Source: Candidatus Levyibacteriota bacterium (GTDB taxonomy: Bacteria; Patescibacteriota; Microgenomatia; Levybacterales; UBA12049). Taken from it: a stretch of DNA of 64,000 bases. The notes under the pieces were generated by a model. The model worked only from the letters and a program-made list of their open reading frames with translations. It searched no databases and had not been told where the DNA came from. The stretch lies in the NCBI GenBank assembly GCA_041906785.1, contig JAYRIM010000014.1, positions 3,215-67,214 of the forward strand, written 5' to 3'. The translations under genes and the position numbers were made by a program. The stretch's first letter is position 1, and the number at the start of each line of letters is the position of its first letter. Shown here piece after piece: positions 37,637 to 47,387 of the stretch.

Positions 37637-38623
37637 CTATTCTATAATCTCATAATAAACACCATTCGTAGTTCCGCGTTTTCTAATAAATCCCGTGTCT
37701 TGTAATTTCTTCAAGTCATACCGAAGAGTTCGTTCATTTATTTTCATGAACCGTCTTCGGATAATATCGAAATTGACAAGCTTATGATCCTTTATAATCT
37801 GCAAGATCTCTGCTCGTCGGGGTAGAAGGTAATCTTCAGCTTCACTTTTTTGTTTCGTCAGAACAATTTTTTTCGCAGCATCAGCAGTTTCAGCAATCGC
37901 ATCAAGCATAAATTCCACATAATCAGTAGCATCTTTTTCAGGTTCTTCAAGTGCTCTGTAATATTTACTTCTATTTTCATCCAAATATTCCTCAACAGGT
38001 AATAATTGTTTCATGCCGTATCCTCCTTTTTCTAGGATTGCTTGGAGGAACAGCCGGCCGACTCTACCGTTTCCATCTAAAAATGGATGAATTTTTTCAA
38101 AGGAATAATGTGCAAGAACAGCTCTAATCGGAATAAATACTTCTTTATCGCTATTTGCATATTTTATTAAACGTTCTATTAATAATGGCACTTGTTTTGG
38201 TGGAGGAGGAAGATAAATAGCAATTCCTGCTGCGTTATATATCGCTTCTGCTTGTTTTCTAAATTGTCCCAGGTTATCTTTATCTGTTAAATTTGCCATA
38301 ACTTTTTCATGCATTTGTAATAGGACAGCTGTACTGATATCTCTGGCACCACGCTCATGAATAAACTGCAAGCCTTTCAGGACATTAAAAACTTCAACTT
38401 TTTTCTGGTCACTAGATGGTTTGTGATTTAACTCTTCTAACGTGAGTGGATTTCCTTCAATTCGGGCTGAATAAAGCGAGCTTTTTAACACAGATACTCT
38501 TCGAATATTTGTTTCTATTTCTGGCGGGATCTGTATTGTATTCACAATTTCCCGCGCTGCTTCTATATGCTGTAATAATTGCGTTATTCGGGGTGTAAGT
38601 GAATATTTAGGTGGAATTAACAT
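37637..38623 (-). CDS. Fic family protein (class II-like) with C-terminal HTH
   Basis: SARIEGN inhibitory motif; HPFLDGNGRVGR; RTLRYDLKKL winged HTH. Confidence 0.92.
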   Translation of the reverse strand: MLIPPKYSLTPRITQLLQHIEAAREIVNTIQIPPEIETNIRRVSVLKSSLYSARIEGNPLTLEELNHKPSSDQKKVEVFNVLKGLQFIHERGARDISTAVLLQMHEKVMANLTDKDNLGQFRKQAEAIYNAAGIAIYLPPPPKQVPLLIERLIKYANSDKEVFIPIRAVLAHYSFEKIHPFLDGNGRVGRLFLQAILEKGGYGMKQLLPVEEYLDENRSKYYRALEEPEKDATDYVEFMLDAIAETADAAKKIVLTKQKSEAEDYLLPRRAEILQIIKDHKLVNFDIIRRRFMKINERTLRYDLKKLQDTGFIRKRGTTNGVYYEIIE

Positions 38624-38633
38624 ATAATTTTGA

Positions 38634-38689
38634 AGTTACAAGTTACAAGTTACAAGTTACAAGTTACAAGTTACAAGTTATGGATTATG
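38634..38689. repeat. Heptamer tandem repeat (agttaca)x6 plus degenerate copies
   Basis: Six perfect agttaca at 38634-38675, then agttatg gattatg. Confidence 0.95.
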
Positions 38690-38836
38690 AGAAATTTAAC
38701 TAACAGACAACCCAAAACTTACTTTATTCCAAATATTACCTTATATTACCAAATGCTTCCGAATATTTCCATATGTAGTAATTCTTATTTCGCGCTTGCA
38801 ATATTGCTTCAGCTACGGTAAAATTACAACTTAAGT

Positions 38837-39136
38837 ATGAGATCTTATGAATTAGTATTAGTGCTGAGGCCTTCCTTAAATGAAAAGGACCGAGAGAAAC
38901 TTCTTAAAACCGTTAAAGATTGGTTAAAGGATGTTAAAATTAGTAAAGAAGATGTCTGGGGACAAAAGCCTCTTGCGTATAAAATAAAAAGAGAGGTAGC
39001 AGGATATTATGTTAAATATGATTTAGAGGCAGATCCTTCGGCAAGCTCAGGACAAGGAACCATTTCTTCAGAATTTGAAAAAAGATTAATTAACGATGAA
39101 AATATCATTAGACATTTATTGTTAAGAACGAAGTAA
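38837..39136 (+). CDS. rpsF: 30S ribosomal protein S6
   Basis: MRSYELV, WG.KPLAYKI, GYY, IIRHL; carries a REP-derived insert. Confidence 0.95.
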   Translation: MRSYELVLVLRPSLNEKDREKLLKTVKDWLKDVKISKEDVWGQKPLAYKIKREVAGYYVKYDLEADPSASSGQGTISSEFEKRLINDENIIRHLLLRTK

Positions 39137-39141
39137 GCATT

Positions 39142-39654
39142 ATGGCACGAAGTTTAAATAAGGTACAGTTGATCGGGAATCTTACACGAGATCCAGAATT
39201 GCGTTATACACCAAGTGGAGCAGCTGTTTGTACCTTTGGTATCGCGACAAACCGTTCATGGACAACTGAAACCGGAGAGAAGCATGAAGAGACAGAGTTC
39301 CATAATATCGTCGCTTGGAATAAGTTAGCAGAACTCTGCAGCCAGTTTCTCGTCAAGGGACGAAAAATTTATGTTGAAGGTCGTTTAGCAACAAGAAATT
39401 GGCAAGGCCAGGATGGTCAGCAGAAATCAAGGACTGAAATAGTCATCGATGATATGATTTTACTTGATAGTATGCGAGGCGGAGCAGCACACGCTGAAGG
39501 AGACAGAGCGAAAACTGCACCAGCTGCGAAAAGTGTACCAGCGAAGCCAGAAAAAGAGCAAAGTCAGAAAGAGGAAACAAAGCCAGATACGAAAGAAGAG
39601 TATCAAGACCAAGGGAACGTTATAGATGTTCCGCCAGATGATATTCCATTCTAG
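39142..39654 (+). CDS. ssb: Single-stranded DNA-binding protein
   Basis: LNKVQLIGNLTRDPELRYT; C-terminal DDIPF. Confidence 0.97.
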   Translation: MARSLNKVQLIGNLTRDPELRYTPSGAAVCTFGIATNRSWTTETGEKHEETEFHNIVAWNKLAELCSQFLVKGRKIYVEGRLATRNWQGQDGQQKSRTEIVIDDMILLDSMRGGAAHAEGDRAKTAPAAKSVPAKPEKEQSQKEETKPDTKEEYQDQGNVIDVPPDDIPF

Positions 39655-39655
39655 G

Positions 39656-39754
39656 TCGCGAAAAATGCGAAGATTAAGAAAATAATATTTCTATCACGAA
39701 TATCGCGAAAAATAAGATTCGTGAAGTTCGCAAACTATTCGCAACTTTCGTGAG
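39656..39754. repeat. 9-nt-type periodic inverted-arm element (cgcgaaaa / ttcgc)
   Basis: tcgcgaaaaatgcgaa..cacgaatatcgcgaa ... ttcgtgaagttcgc..ttcgcaactttcgtga; similar to 60757-60862. Confidence 0.7.
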
Positions 39755-39796
39755 AATGGAGCTATAAAAATAAATTATTAAGTTTAGGAGAACAAA

Positions 39797-40039
39797 ATGA
39801 AAAGAAAAATTACAAGGATTAAAAAACAACAACCAGTAAATTTGGAATGTTTTTTCTGTACTGAAAAGAAAGAACCTTCCTATGTAAATACGAGTGAACT
39901 GATGAAGTTTGTTTCAGATAGAGGAAAGATCATGTCTCGAAGCAGGAACGGTTTGTGTGCTGTTCACCAACGAAGAGTATCAGATGCAGTAAAATATGCC
40001 CGTCATCTCGCACTTCTTCCATTCGTCGTCAGAGACTGA
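39797..40039 (+). CDS. rpsR: 30S ribosomal protein S18
   Basis: CFFC..., FVSDRGKI, CAVHQR, ARHLALLPF. Confidence 0.95.
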   Translation: MKRKITRIKKQQPVNLECFFCTEKKEPSYVNTSELMKFVSDRGKIMSRSRNGLCAVHQRRVSDAVKYARHLALLPFVVRD

Positions 40040-40040
40040 T

Positions 40041-40129
40041 AGGAATTGAGAATTGAAAGTTGAGAATTGAGAAATTTATAAGGAATTTTTCAATAACTCT
40101 CAACTCTCCTTTCTCAACTCTCAATTCTT
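40041..40129. repeat. 7-nt periodic inverted-arm element (aattgag / ctcaact)
   Basis: Fills the whole gap from the rpsR stop to the next ATG. Confidence 0.88.
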
Positions 40130-40132
40130 GCC

Positions 40133-40900
40133 ATGTCTTTTCTGCCTTTAGTATTACCTCAAGGATTTATTCCTATCATTAAGCAAAGCGATTCAGTAAA
40201 GATTGGGCAAGTCTTAGCCCAAAAAACAACATCTTCAGAAGTTTCCTTAGCACTTACAAAAGAACTCGGCATTAAAGCGAAAGAAGTCGCAAAATTTCTA
40301 AAAAAACAACCAGGAGAGAAAATAACTCCAGGTGAAATTATCGCTCAAAAAAAGAATGTATTTGGTAGAATAACTGCGAAAGTTGTAAGTAAAACTATTG
40401 GGACAATAACGCGGTTTGAGCGTGATACGGGAGAGTTATTCATACTCATCGAGCAGCAGGAAAACAATACGCCTGAAACATTTATTTCGCCTATTGAAGG
40501 TACCATTTTAGTATGTAATAATGAGAAAATTGTCATTCAGACAGAAAAGAATGCAGTAGTTGGCACAAAAGGTTTCGGACCCCAAGTTTTTGCATCATTA
40601 TATATTTTAGAAGATGTAGAAACAGTTGATCCATACCATATTCAGTCTGATGCCATTGGAGGAATAGTAGTCGGTAGGTTTTTCCCAAGAGAAGTATTAG
40701 TAAAAAGTGTAAGTATCGGTGTAAAAGCAGTAATAGCATCTAAAGTACTTGATACGGACATATACTTTCTGACAGAAAAAAAATTACAACTTCCTCTTAT
40801 AGAAGTCGATCCAAACAATTTAGGAAAAATTCGCGAATGGCACGGAAGAAACGTTTTTTTAGATGGAGAGACAAAGACAATAATATTATTGCATAACTAA
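40133..40900 (+). CDS. Hypothetical protein with lipoyl/barrel-sandwich-like repeats
   Basis: V..GQVLA, PGEKITPGEIIA, SPIEGTI motifs. Confidence 0.65.
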   Translation: MSFLPLVLPQGFIPIIKQSDSVKIGQVLAQKTTSSEVSLALTKELGIKAKEVAKFLKKQPGEKITPGEIIAQKKNVFGRITAKVVSKTIGTITRFERDTGELFILIEQQENNTPETFISPIEGTILVCNNEKIVIQTEKNAVVGTKGFGPQVFASLYILEDVETVDPYHIQSDAIGGIVVGRFFPREVLVKSVSIGVKAVIASKVLDTDIYFLTEKKLQLPLIEVDPNNLGKIREWHGRNVFLDGETKTIILLHN

Positions 40901-41035
40901 ATCCGAAATACGAATATTGAAATACAAAACAAATTTGAATAATTGAATACAATAAATAATAATGTTTTAAACATTTGAAAATTCAAGTTTTAGATTTGTT
41001 TCGAGTTTCGAAATTATATATTCAATTTTAATATT
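40899..41035. repeat. 7-nt periodic inverted-arm element (aaatccgaaatacg / tttcgagtttcga)
   Basis: Spans the stop at 40900 to the ATG at 41038; homologous to the in-frame copy at 47530-47632. Confidence 0.75.
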
Positions 41036-41037
41036 CC

Positions 41038-42303
41038 ATGCGTAGACAAAAATTTTATTTCATTATTGCGATACTTTTTTCTGGATTTGTCGGATATATC
41101 ATTGGTACGAGTAAAATTAAAGCTGATTGGAAGAATTTCCAACCACATTTAGAAATCACAAGTAAACAACCTCCAGCCTCTATTTCGCATATCGATTTTT
41201 CACCAATGTGGGTAGTTCTTCAGCACTTAGAGAGTGAATATTATGATAAACAGGCATTAAATCCTCAAAAAGTCCTGAACGGTGCTATTTCAGGAATGGT
41301 TTCAAGTTTAGATGATCCCTATACAGTCTATCTTCCTCCAGCAGAAAACAATGATTTTAAAGAAGTCATGGCAGGTAAATTTGAAGGAATAGGAGCAGAG
41401 TTAGGAATGAAAGAAAAACAAATAATAGTCGTAGCTCCTCTTGATGGAAGTCCTGCGAAACAGGCTGGTATTCGTGGAGGCGATGCGATTATAAAAGTTG
41501 ACAACCAGACGACTTATGGATGGACTATCGCAGAAGCTGTCGATAAAATTCGGGGTCCAAAAGGTTCGAAGGTTACACTTCTTATAGCACGGGAAGGAGA
41601 AAAAGAAGCAAAAACTATTACCATAATGCGGGATACAATAACTATCAAAAGTATCACTTCATGGGTTAAACCAGTGAAAGATGTGGAGAATATCAAAATG
41701 ACTTCGACCTTACAATCAAATAAAGATAAGAAAGTTGCATATATCCGTTTATCACAGTTTGGTGATAGCACAAATCAAGAATGGGTAAATGTGACTAATG
41801 AAGTTAGTCTCGCGATGAAAAGAGATCCAGATATACAAGGTGTTATTTTCGATTTACGTAATAATCCTGGTGGGTATTTAAATGATGCAGTATTTATCGC
41901 ATCTGAGTTTCTAAAAGATGGAACTGTGGTCATGCAGGAAGACAGGGAAGGTAACCGAATGAAGATGGATGTGACACGACAAGGATTGTTAACCTCAGTT
42001 CCAGTGTATGTATTAATAAATAAAGGATCAGCATCTGCTTCAGAAATAGTGGCTGGTGCATTATCAGATCATGGCCGAGCGAAATTAATAGGAGAAGTTT
42101 CATTCGGAAAAGGAACTGTCCAGGCAGCAGAAGAACTTGGTGGTGGTTCAGGTTTGCATGTTACTATAGCGAAATGGTTAACGCCGAACGGAACATGGGT
42201 ACATCAAAAAGGCTTAACGCCGCAGATAGAAGTAAAACTTGATGATAAAGATCCCTCACATGATACGCAATTGGAAAGGGCTGTGGAGGAACTCGTTAGA
42301 TAG
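41038..42303 (+). CDS. Carboxyl-terminal processing protease (S41A, CtpA-like)
   Basis: DPYT, GIGA PDZ, DLRNNPGG, SASASEI, FGKG. Confidence 0.93.
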   Translation: MRRQKFYFIIAILFSGFVGYIIGTSKIKADWKNFQPHLEITSKQPPASISHIDFSPMWVVLQHLESEYYDKQALNPQKVLNGAISGMVSSLDDPYTVYLPPAENNDFKEVMAGKFEGIGAELGMKEKQIIVVAPLDGSPAKQAGIRGGDAIIKVDNQTTYGWTIAEAVDKIRGPKGSKVTLLIAREGEKEAKTITIMRDTITIKSITSWVKPVKDVENIKMTSTLQSNKDKKVAYIRLSQFGDSTNQEWVNVTNEVSLAMKRDPDIQGVIFDLRNNPGGYLNDAVFIASEFLKDGTVVMQEDREGNRMKMDVTRQGLLTSVPVYVLINKGSASASEIVAGALSDHGRAKLIGEVSFGKGTVQAAEELGGGSGLHVTIAKWLTPNGTWVHQKGLTPQIEVKLDDKDPSHDTQLERAVEELVR

Positions 42304-42412
42304 GGGCAAATGAGACAAAAGAGCCAGAGGTACCAAATGTTCACTTGTTCTAAATTCTATTGTTTTTTCTCTTATATCCCCTTTGTCTCATTTGTCTCCT
42401 TGGTCCCTTCTG
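42302..42412. repeat. 9-nt periodic inverted-arm element
   Basis: ggggcaaat gagacaaaa gagccagag gtaccaaat ... cccctttgt ctcatttgt ctccttggt cccttctgt. Confidence 0.8.
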
Positions 42413-42481
42413 TAAGCTGATTGTAATCTTCTTATAAAGGTGTTCTTTACTTTTTTTAGTATACTCGGCTATAGTAAAAGT

Positions 42482-44839
42482 ATGGCCGAAGATACTGAAG
42501 GACAAGGTGATAAAGCAGGAGCAGAAGGTTTTAAAGCCAGAGCTGGAGGAGTGGAACAAGGTAGAGATCGCACACCTAAATTAGTAAAAGAAGAAGTTTC
42601 ATTTGTTGAACAACGAGCATATTGGGATCGGGAAACAGTCACTGAAGTAGTAGACGGACAGGATGTTACACGACAATTAACAGATGACGAGAGATTGGAG
42701 CTTGCTGAAATTGCGTATAGAAGATTTGCTTATGAACGATTTGAAGAATTTGAAAAGGATCAAGGTGGTAAATTTAGAGATCGTGGAGACAGTGTAGAGT
42801 ATTCATTCTTAAAAGCATTAGGCATAGATCTTCGCGATTTTGATTTTGAAAGTTTTCATAGAGCTCATTTCCTTCGAGAAAAAGGTGGAAAAACTATTTA
42901 TACAAGAGATATAGTACCCTTTGTACGATTTGTTGCAGATAAGTTTCCACTTGATGAAAATCAAAGAAGTTTCGCACTCCATCCGAGAAATCAACAAGCT
43001 TTAAGAATGTGGGGACAGTTATGGGGACAGAGGGAAGCAAAGCTACTTCCAGATTATGTAAGAATGGCCATTCAGGAACCAAGGAAATTTGAAGAACTCG
43101 TTAGACAAAGAGACGAAAAAGCTGAAGCTGCAGATAGAGACGATGTAGCTGCACAAATAACAGTAGGCCAGCCAGAAGTTGCAGTAGATGTTAGCGATGA
43201 TGATGAAACCGGAAGGAGGGGTATTGCGGTCGTAAGAGCTATTGAGCGACCTACACAAACAATTGCAGTCGAGAGGCCACTAAATGCGTCAAGCCCAATT
43301 AATTTAATAGCCTTACGGAGACCTGAAACCTTAAATACAGTAGCAAATCAATTACGAGAACATGGGTCTGTACAGATAGTGATACAAGATAGGACGCCAC
43401 GTGAGAATGCAAGAGAAAAAATCGAAGCAGGCATAGTCGATCGGCTTGGAACGGTGGGAGATTTGCATAATCTCAATGTTGAAGTTCGTCGTGTATCTGC
43501 TGGTTCCGTCCGTGGACAGACAAGTTGGGTATATGAAGTCCGTTTAAAAGATACTGGACAGGAAATAGTTGGAGGGGCAGAAGTAGTTGCTCCAGCGGAG
43601 CCTGAAGAAAATTTAGATACGAGAGTGGAGAGAGTTAGGAGAGAAGTGTTTAAGAGTCGAGAGGAATGGACAGAAGAAGATATGATAGCTCTCTCTGATA
43701 AAGTGACAGGAATTCTACAAAGGGATAAGGCACAGGGTGCGGAAGTGGTTAAAACATTAGGTAACGCAGATCCAACCGAAATTACATACCATGACAGAGC
43801 TGTATTTATACCGAAAAGAGAAAGAAAAATTTTCATAGCGCATGATATTCATGGTGATTCTACTGCCTTAGGAAATATTTCAGAAGCTTTTATTAGGGAG
43901 ATGCTGGATCCGAATGTTTCCGAGGATAAAAAACCACTTCTTATTATTAGCGGTACGAAATTTAATCGAGGAAATGCGAACGTTTCAACGATGGGTGCAG
44001 GTTTAAAACTAAAAGAACTTTTTAGACAGAACGTCCAATTCAGTCAGGGTCTTTATGATACTACCGAGGATCAACATACGGAAAGGAAGAAATTCGTTCC
44101 TGCAGACGGCGTGGAAGAAGTATATGGTTGGCATGCAGGACAACCTATAGATAAAGCGAAAACTATTTTACGAGGAATAAAAAATACAAATCTAAGAGCA
44201 ATTCTAGAATTAGATGCTGAAGCAGATGTACAAGAACAAAATGTTTTACAAAAAGAATTAGTGATACTGCTTTCGGAAGCATTACAAGGAAGAAAAGTAT
44301 CTTCTTATTTAGAAACCCAGATGTCACAACGGGGTTTAAAAAGACGTAAAGACCTCCCTGGAATTGCTAAGTTATCTGCAGAAGATCGTGATCGACTCCG
44401 TGGAGCCATTGGTAGAGTTACCAGAGAATTAGGAACAGAATTAGAGGTGACGCAAGCATTTAACAGAGTGTTTGCTGCAATGCCAGAGTCAGTTGTTTGC
44501 CAAAATGGTTTAATAATTTCTTCAGTTTCAGGTGGTTATTCAGATGATGAGTTATTACGTAATACAGCAGAAATTGGTCTTTCAACTATTATAACTTCTT
44601 TAACAGCTGATCAGGATAAAGAGAAAAGTTATGAACCTGAATCAGGGAAAAAGATTATGAGATTTCGATCTACCGGAGGGTATCGTTCTGGCAAAGATCC
44701 GTGGGATAATAAAGATAGCGGATTTGCACATCGAGAACATAGACCGAAATATATGGTTCTTAATGGAAATGAAGATGTTACAGAGTTTAAGCCTGAATAT
44801 TTTAAAGATGTATTTCCAGAATTAGCGGAAGCAGCTTGA
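42482..44839 (+). CDS. Large orphan protein with a degenerate metallophosphoesterase-like domain
   Basis: IFIAHDIHGD retained while later motifs are altered; start moved to ATG 42482 after TATAGT. Confidence 0.6.
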   Translation: MAEDTEGQGDKAGAEGFKARAGGVEQGRDRTPKLVKEEVSFVEQRAYWDRETVTEVVDGQDVTRQLTDDERLELAEIAYRRFAYERFEEFEKDQGGKFRDRGDSVEYSFLKALGIDLRDFDFESFHRAHFLREKGGKTIYTRDIVPFVRFVADKFPLDENQRSFALHPRNQQALRMWGQLWGQREAKLLPDYVRMAIQEPRKFEELVRQRDEKAEAADRDDVAAQITVGQPEVAVDVSDDDETGRRGIAVVRAIERPTQTIAVERPLNASSPINLIALRRPETLNTVANQLREHGSVQIVIQDRTPRENAREKIEAGIVDRLGTVGDLHNLNVEVRRVSAGSVRGQTSWVYEVRLKDTGQEIVGGAEVVAPAEPEENLDTRVERVRREVFKSREEWTEEDMIALSDKVTGILQRDKAQGAEVVKTLGNADPTEITYHDRAVFIPKRERKIFIAHDIHGDSTALGNISEAFIREMLDPNVSEDKKPLLIISGTKFNRGNANVSTMGAGLKLKELFRQNVQFSQGLYDTTEDQHTERKKFVPADGVEEVYGWHAGQPIDKAKTILRGIKNTNLRAILELDAEADVQEQNVLQKELVILLSEALQGRKVSSYLETQMSQRGLKRRKDLPGIAKLSAEDRDRLRGAIGRVTRELGTELEVTQAFNRVFAAMPESVVCQNGLIISSVSGGYSDDELLRNTAEIGLSTIITSLTADQDKEKSYEPESGKKIMRFRSTGGYRSGKDPWDNKDSGFAHREHRPKYMVLNGNEDVTEFKPEYFKDVFPELAEAA

Positions 44840-44905
44840 AGATAGACTACAATTTTTCAGCGAAAATTATTGCATTTCTTACAAATCAGTACTAGAATAT
44901 TTTTT

Positions 44906-46057
44906 ATGCGTAAACTCATAGGTTTAGTTATTTTACTTCTTGGTATTCTTGCTCTTTTAAATGGAGCATCCGATTCATTTCCTCAACTTCGAAATTTTAC
45001 CCAAAAACTAGAACAGCCTCAAGTTACGAAAGAAAATGTTAAAGTTGTGACAGAAGAGTCAGTTGTTATTAATGTTGTTAAGAATTCAGGTCCTTCTGTA
45101 GTCACAATTGCGGCACAATCAGGCCAACGATCAACCTTCGAGGATGATCCCTTCTCAATTTTCGGTACACCCAGACGTTCTACAGAGCCACAAAATATCG
45201 GTTCTGGATTTGTCGTTTCTTCAGACGGCTTAATCGTTACTAATAAGCACGTAGTGAGCCAAACAGGGGTGAATTATTCTGTTATTACCACCGGAGAAAA
45301 GCGGTATAAAGTGGAAAAAATTTATCGTGACCCATTAAATGATATTGCAATAGTAAAAATTAATCCAAAAGAAAATAGCCAAGAATTAAAACCTCTTGAG
45401 CTTGGTGATTCTTCAAAACTACAAGTTGGACAATTAGTTATCGCTATAGGTACAGCATTGGGAGAATTTAATAATACAGTAACAACAGGTGTTATATCAG
45501 GGCTCGGTCGAGGAATTGTCGCAGGATCATATTTCGAAGGTTTTGCTGAAAAACTAGATGATGTTATTCAGACAGATGCAGCTATTAACCCGGGAAATAG
45601 TGGTGGTCCATTATTAAATTCAGCAGGGCAGGTGATAGGAGTAAATACAGCAGTCTCACAAAGCGGACAGAATATTGGTTTTGCGTTACCAATTAATGTC
45701 ATAAAAGATTCATTAAAGAACTTCAATGAAACAGGCCAGTTTAATCGGCCATACCTAGGGATCTCATATCAAATGGTTACCAGGGAAGCTGCTCTACAGA
45801 ACGATATTCCAGAGGGTGCGTATATACGTGGTGTTATTGAAGATTCAGCAGCATCAAAAGCTGGTTTGGAAGTAGGGGATATCGTTACAAAAGTAAATGG
45901 CCAGAAACTTCAAGCAGAGACAAATGAACTTGCGAAAGTTATCAGTCAAAAGAAGGTCGGCGATAAACTGATACTTACTGTCTGGAGAGAAAACGAAGAG
46001 GGAAAAGGAGAAACGTTTGATACAACTGTTACATTGGAAGCCGCCCCGGAGGAATAG
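44906..46057 (+). CDS. HtrA/DegP-family serine protease with PDZ domain
   Basis: GSGF, TNKHVV, DIA, QTDAAINPGNSGGPL. Confidence 0.94.
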   Translation: MRKLIGLVILLLGILALLNGASDSFPQLRNFTQKLEQPQVTKENVKVVTEESVVINVVKNSGPSVVTIAAQSGQRSTFEDDPFSIFGTPRRSTEPQNIGSGFVVSSDGLIVTNKHVVSQTGVNYSVITTGEKRYKVEKIYRDPLNDIAIVKINPKENSQELKPLELGDSSKLQVGQLVIAIGTALGEFNNTVTTGVISGLGRGIVAGSYFEGFAEKLDDVIQTDAAINPGNSGGPLLNSAGQVIGVNTAVSQSGQNIGFALPINVIKDSLKNFNETGQFNRPYLGISYQMVTREAALQNDIPEGAYIRGVIEDSAASKAGLEVGDIVTKVNGQKLQAETNELAKVISQKKVGDKLILTVWRENEEGKGETFDTTVTLEAAPEE

Positions 46058-46190
46058 TCAGTTCTCAGTTTTCAGTTGTCGGTTTTCAGATTGCAGTTTA
46101 TCGGTTATTAGTCTTTCAGTTTTTAAATATCTGACAAACTGAAAATGGATAGACTGGTAGCTGACGCTGATAACCGAAAACTGATTACGG
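46058..46190. repeat. 7-nt periodic inverted-arm element (tcagttt / aactgat)
   Basis: tcagttc tcagttt tcagttg tcggttt tcag ... ctgacg ctgataa ccgaaaa ctgatta; same family as 61472-61598. Confidence 0.85.
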
Positions 46191-46266
46191 ATTCTGCCTC
46201 TTGCGTAGTCTTTTTTTCTTCTATATAATACTATAAAGTACATATACATACTGTATACTTTTAGCC

Positions 46267-47007
46267 ATGCCAGAAAAGAAAACACAGAAAACTACTGCTA
46301 AACCTACTAAGACAAAAACTCCATCACGAGCCAGAAAGTCATCTGTAAAAACTCAAGCTGTACAGTCAGAAAAAACCGTGAACAAAGAAAATGCATCTTC
46401 ACCTCGTCTTGCTTCTTTACGTTCAGTTCGCGTAAGAAGAACGTATATAATTATCGCAGCAGTTATTCTTCTCCTTGTAGCAGGAATTTTTCTCGCTAGA
46501 AATTATCTTATCGCCGCTATGGTTAATGGACAGCCTATTAGCCGTTTAAGTGTCATTAGCGAACTGGAGCGACAGGGTGGGAAACAAACACTCGATACAA
46601 TCATTACTAAGACGCTTATCGCTCAAGAAGCGAAAAAAAGAAATGTTACGGTATCACAAAAAGATATTGATAATGAATTAAAAAGACTTGAACAACAATA
46701 TTCGACTCAAGGTCAAAAGTTAGATCAAGTTCTCGCGATGAACGGTATGACAAAAGATCAGCTCGTCGAACTTATTGAAACTCAGAAAAGAATTGAAAAA
46801 ATGGTTGGAGAACAGAAAGTGACAGATAAAGAAGTCGATGAGTATATTGAAAGGAACAGAGAATCTCTTCCTCAAGATCAGGATGAAGCGGTATTAAAGA
46901 AAAATACGAAAGAGCGATTACAGCAACAAAAACTGAATGAGAAAGCACAGACATTTCTCGATGACTTACGCAAAAATGCAAAGATTGATTACTACGTCCA
47001 GTACTAA
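46267..47007 (+). CDS. SurA/PrsA N-terminal-domain chaperone-like membrane protein
   Basis: TM then AMVNGQPIS, LIAQEAKK, LRKNAKI. Confidence 0.8.
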   Translation: MPEKKTQKTTAKPTKTKTPSRARKSSVKTQAVQSEKTVNKENASSPRLASLRSVRVRRTYIIIAAVILLLVAGIFLARNYLIAAMVNGQPISRLSVISELERQGGKQTLDTIITKTLIAQEAKKRNVTVSQKDIDNELKRLEQQYSTQGQKLDQVLAMNGMTKDQLVELIETQKRIEKMVGEQKVTDKEVDEYIERNRESLPQDQDEAVLKKNTKERLQQQKLNEKAQTFLDDLRKNAKIDYYVQY

Positions 47008-47138
47008 ATTCATTCATTACCTCTTATTTATATCCTATTGACAAACACAGCCATTCTCTTTCAGAATATATATATGCGCTAGATGTAACCTGCAACAGGT
47101 TACAAGTCACTTGTGACATAATTTGGGAGGTGATATTC

Positions 47139-47276
47139 ATGGCTAAGAGGAAAAAAACTACATCAAAAAAGGTACGAAAAAGTTATAATTTAGTAGAAGG
47201 GAATAGTAATGAGTTTTTGCTTATTGTCGGGGCAGTTTGTTTTGTAATCATGTCAGTATTATACTTAACGTTCTAG
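47139..47276 (+). CDS. 45-aa basic single-TM small protein (not in ORF track)
   Basis: GGGAGGTGA SD; MAKRKKTTSKKVRKSYNLVEGNSNEFLLIVGAVCFVIMSVLYLTF; TTGACA at 47038. Confidence 0.7.
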   Translation: MAKRKKTTSKKVRKSYNLVEGNSNEFLLIVGAVCFVIMSVLYLTF

Positions 47277-47304
47277 TGTTTTCATTAGAAGTCATTTTAA
47301 AACC

Positions 47305-47366
47305 TGTCATGCTGAGCGACAGCGAAGCATCTTGCGTTAAGATCCTTCACTTCGTTCAGGATGACA
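47305..47366. repeat. REP-like palindrome, copy 3
   Basis: tgtcatgctgagcgacagcgaagcatct..agatccttcacttcgttcaggatgaca. Confidence 0.88.
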
Positions 47367-47387
47367 AAGAAGGTTTTGAAATAAACT

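Noticed and set aside
38630-38821. 63-aa ORF MKLQVTSYKLQVTSY...
   Set aside because: It is a translation of the (agttaca)n array in a divergent promoter region.
46058-46285. 75-aa minus-strand ORF ending in LKTEN-type repeats
   Set aside because: It is a read-through of the heptamer element and overlaps the promoter and start of the SurA-like gene.
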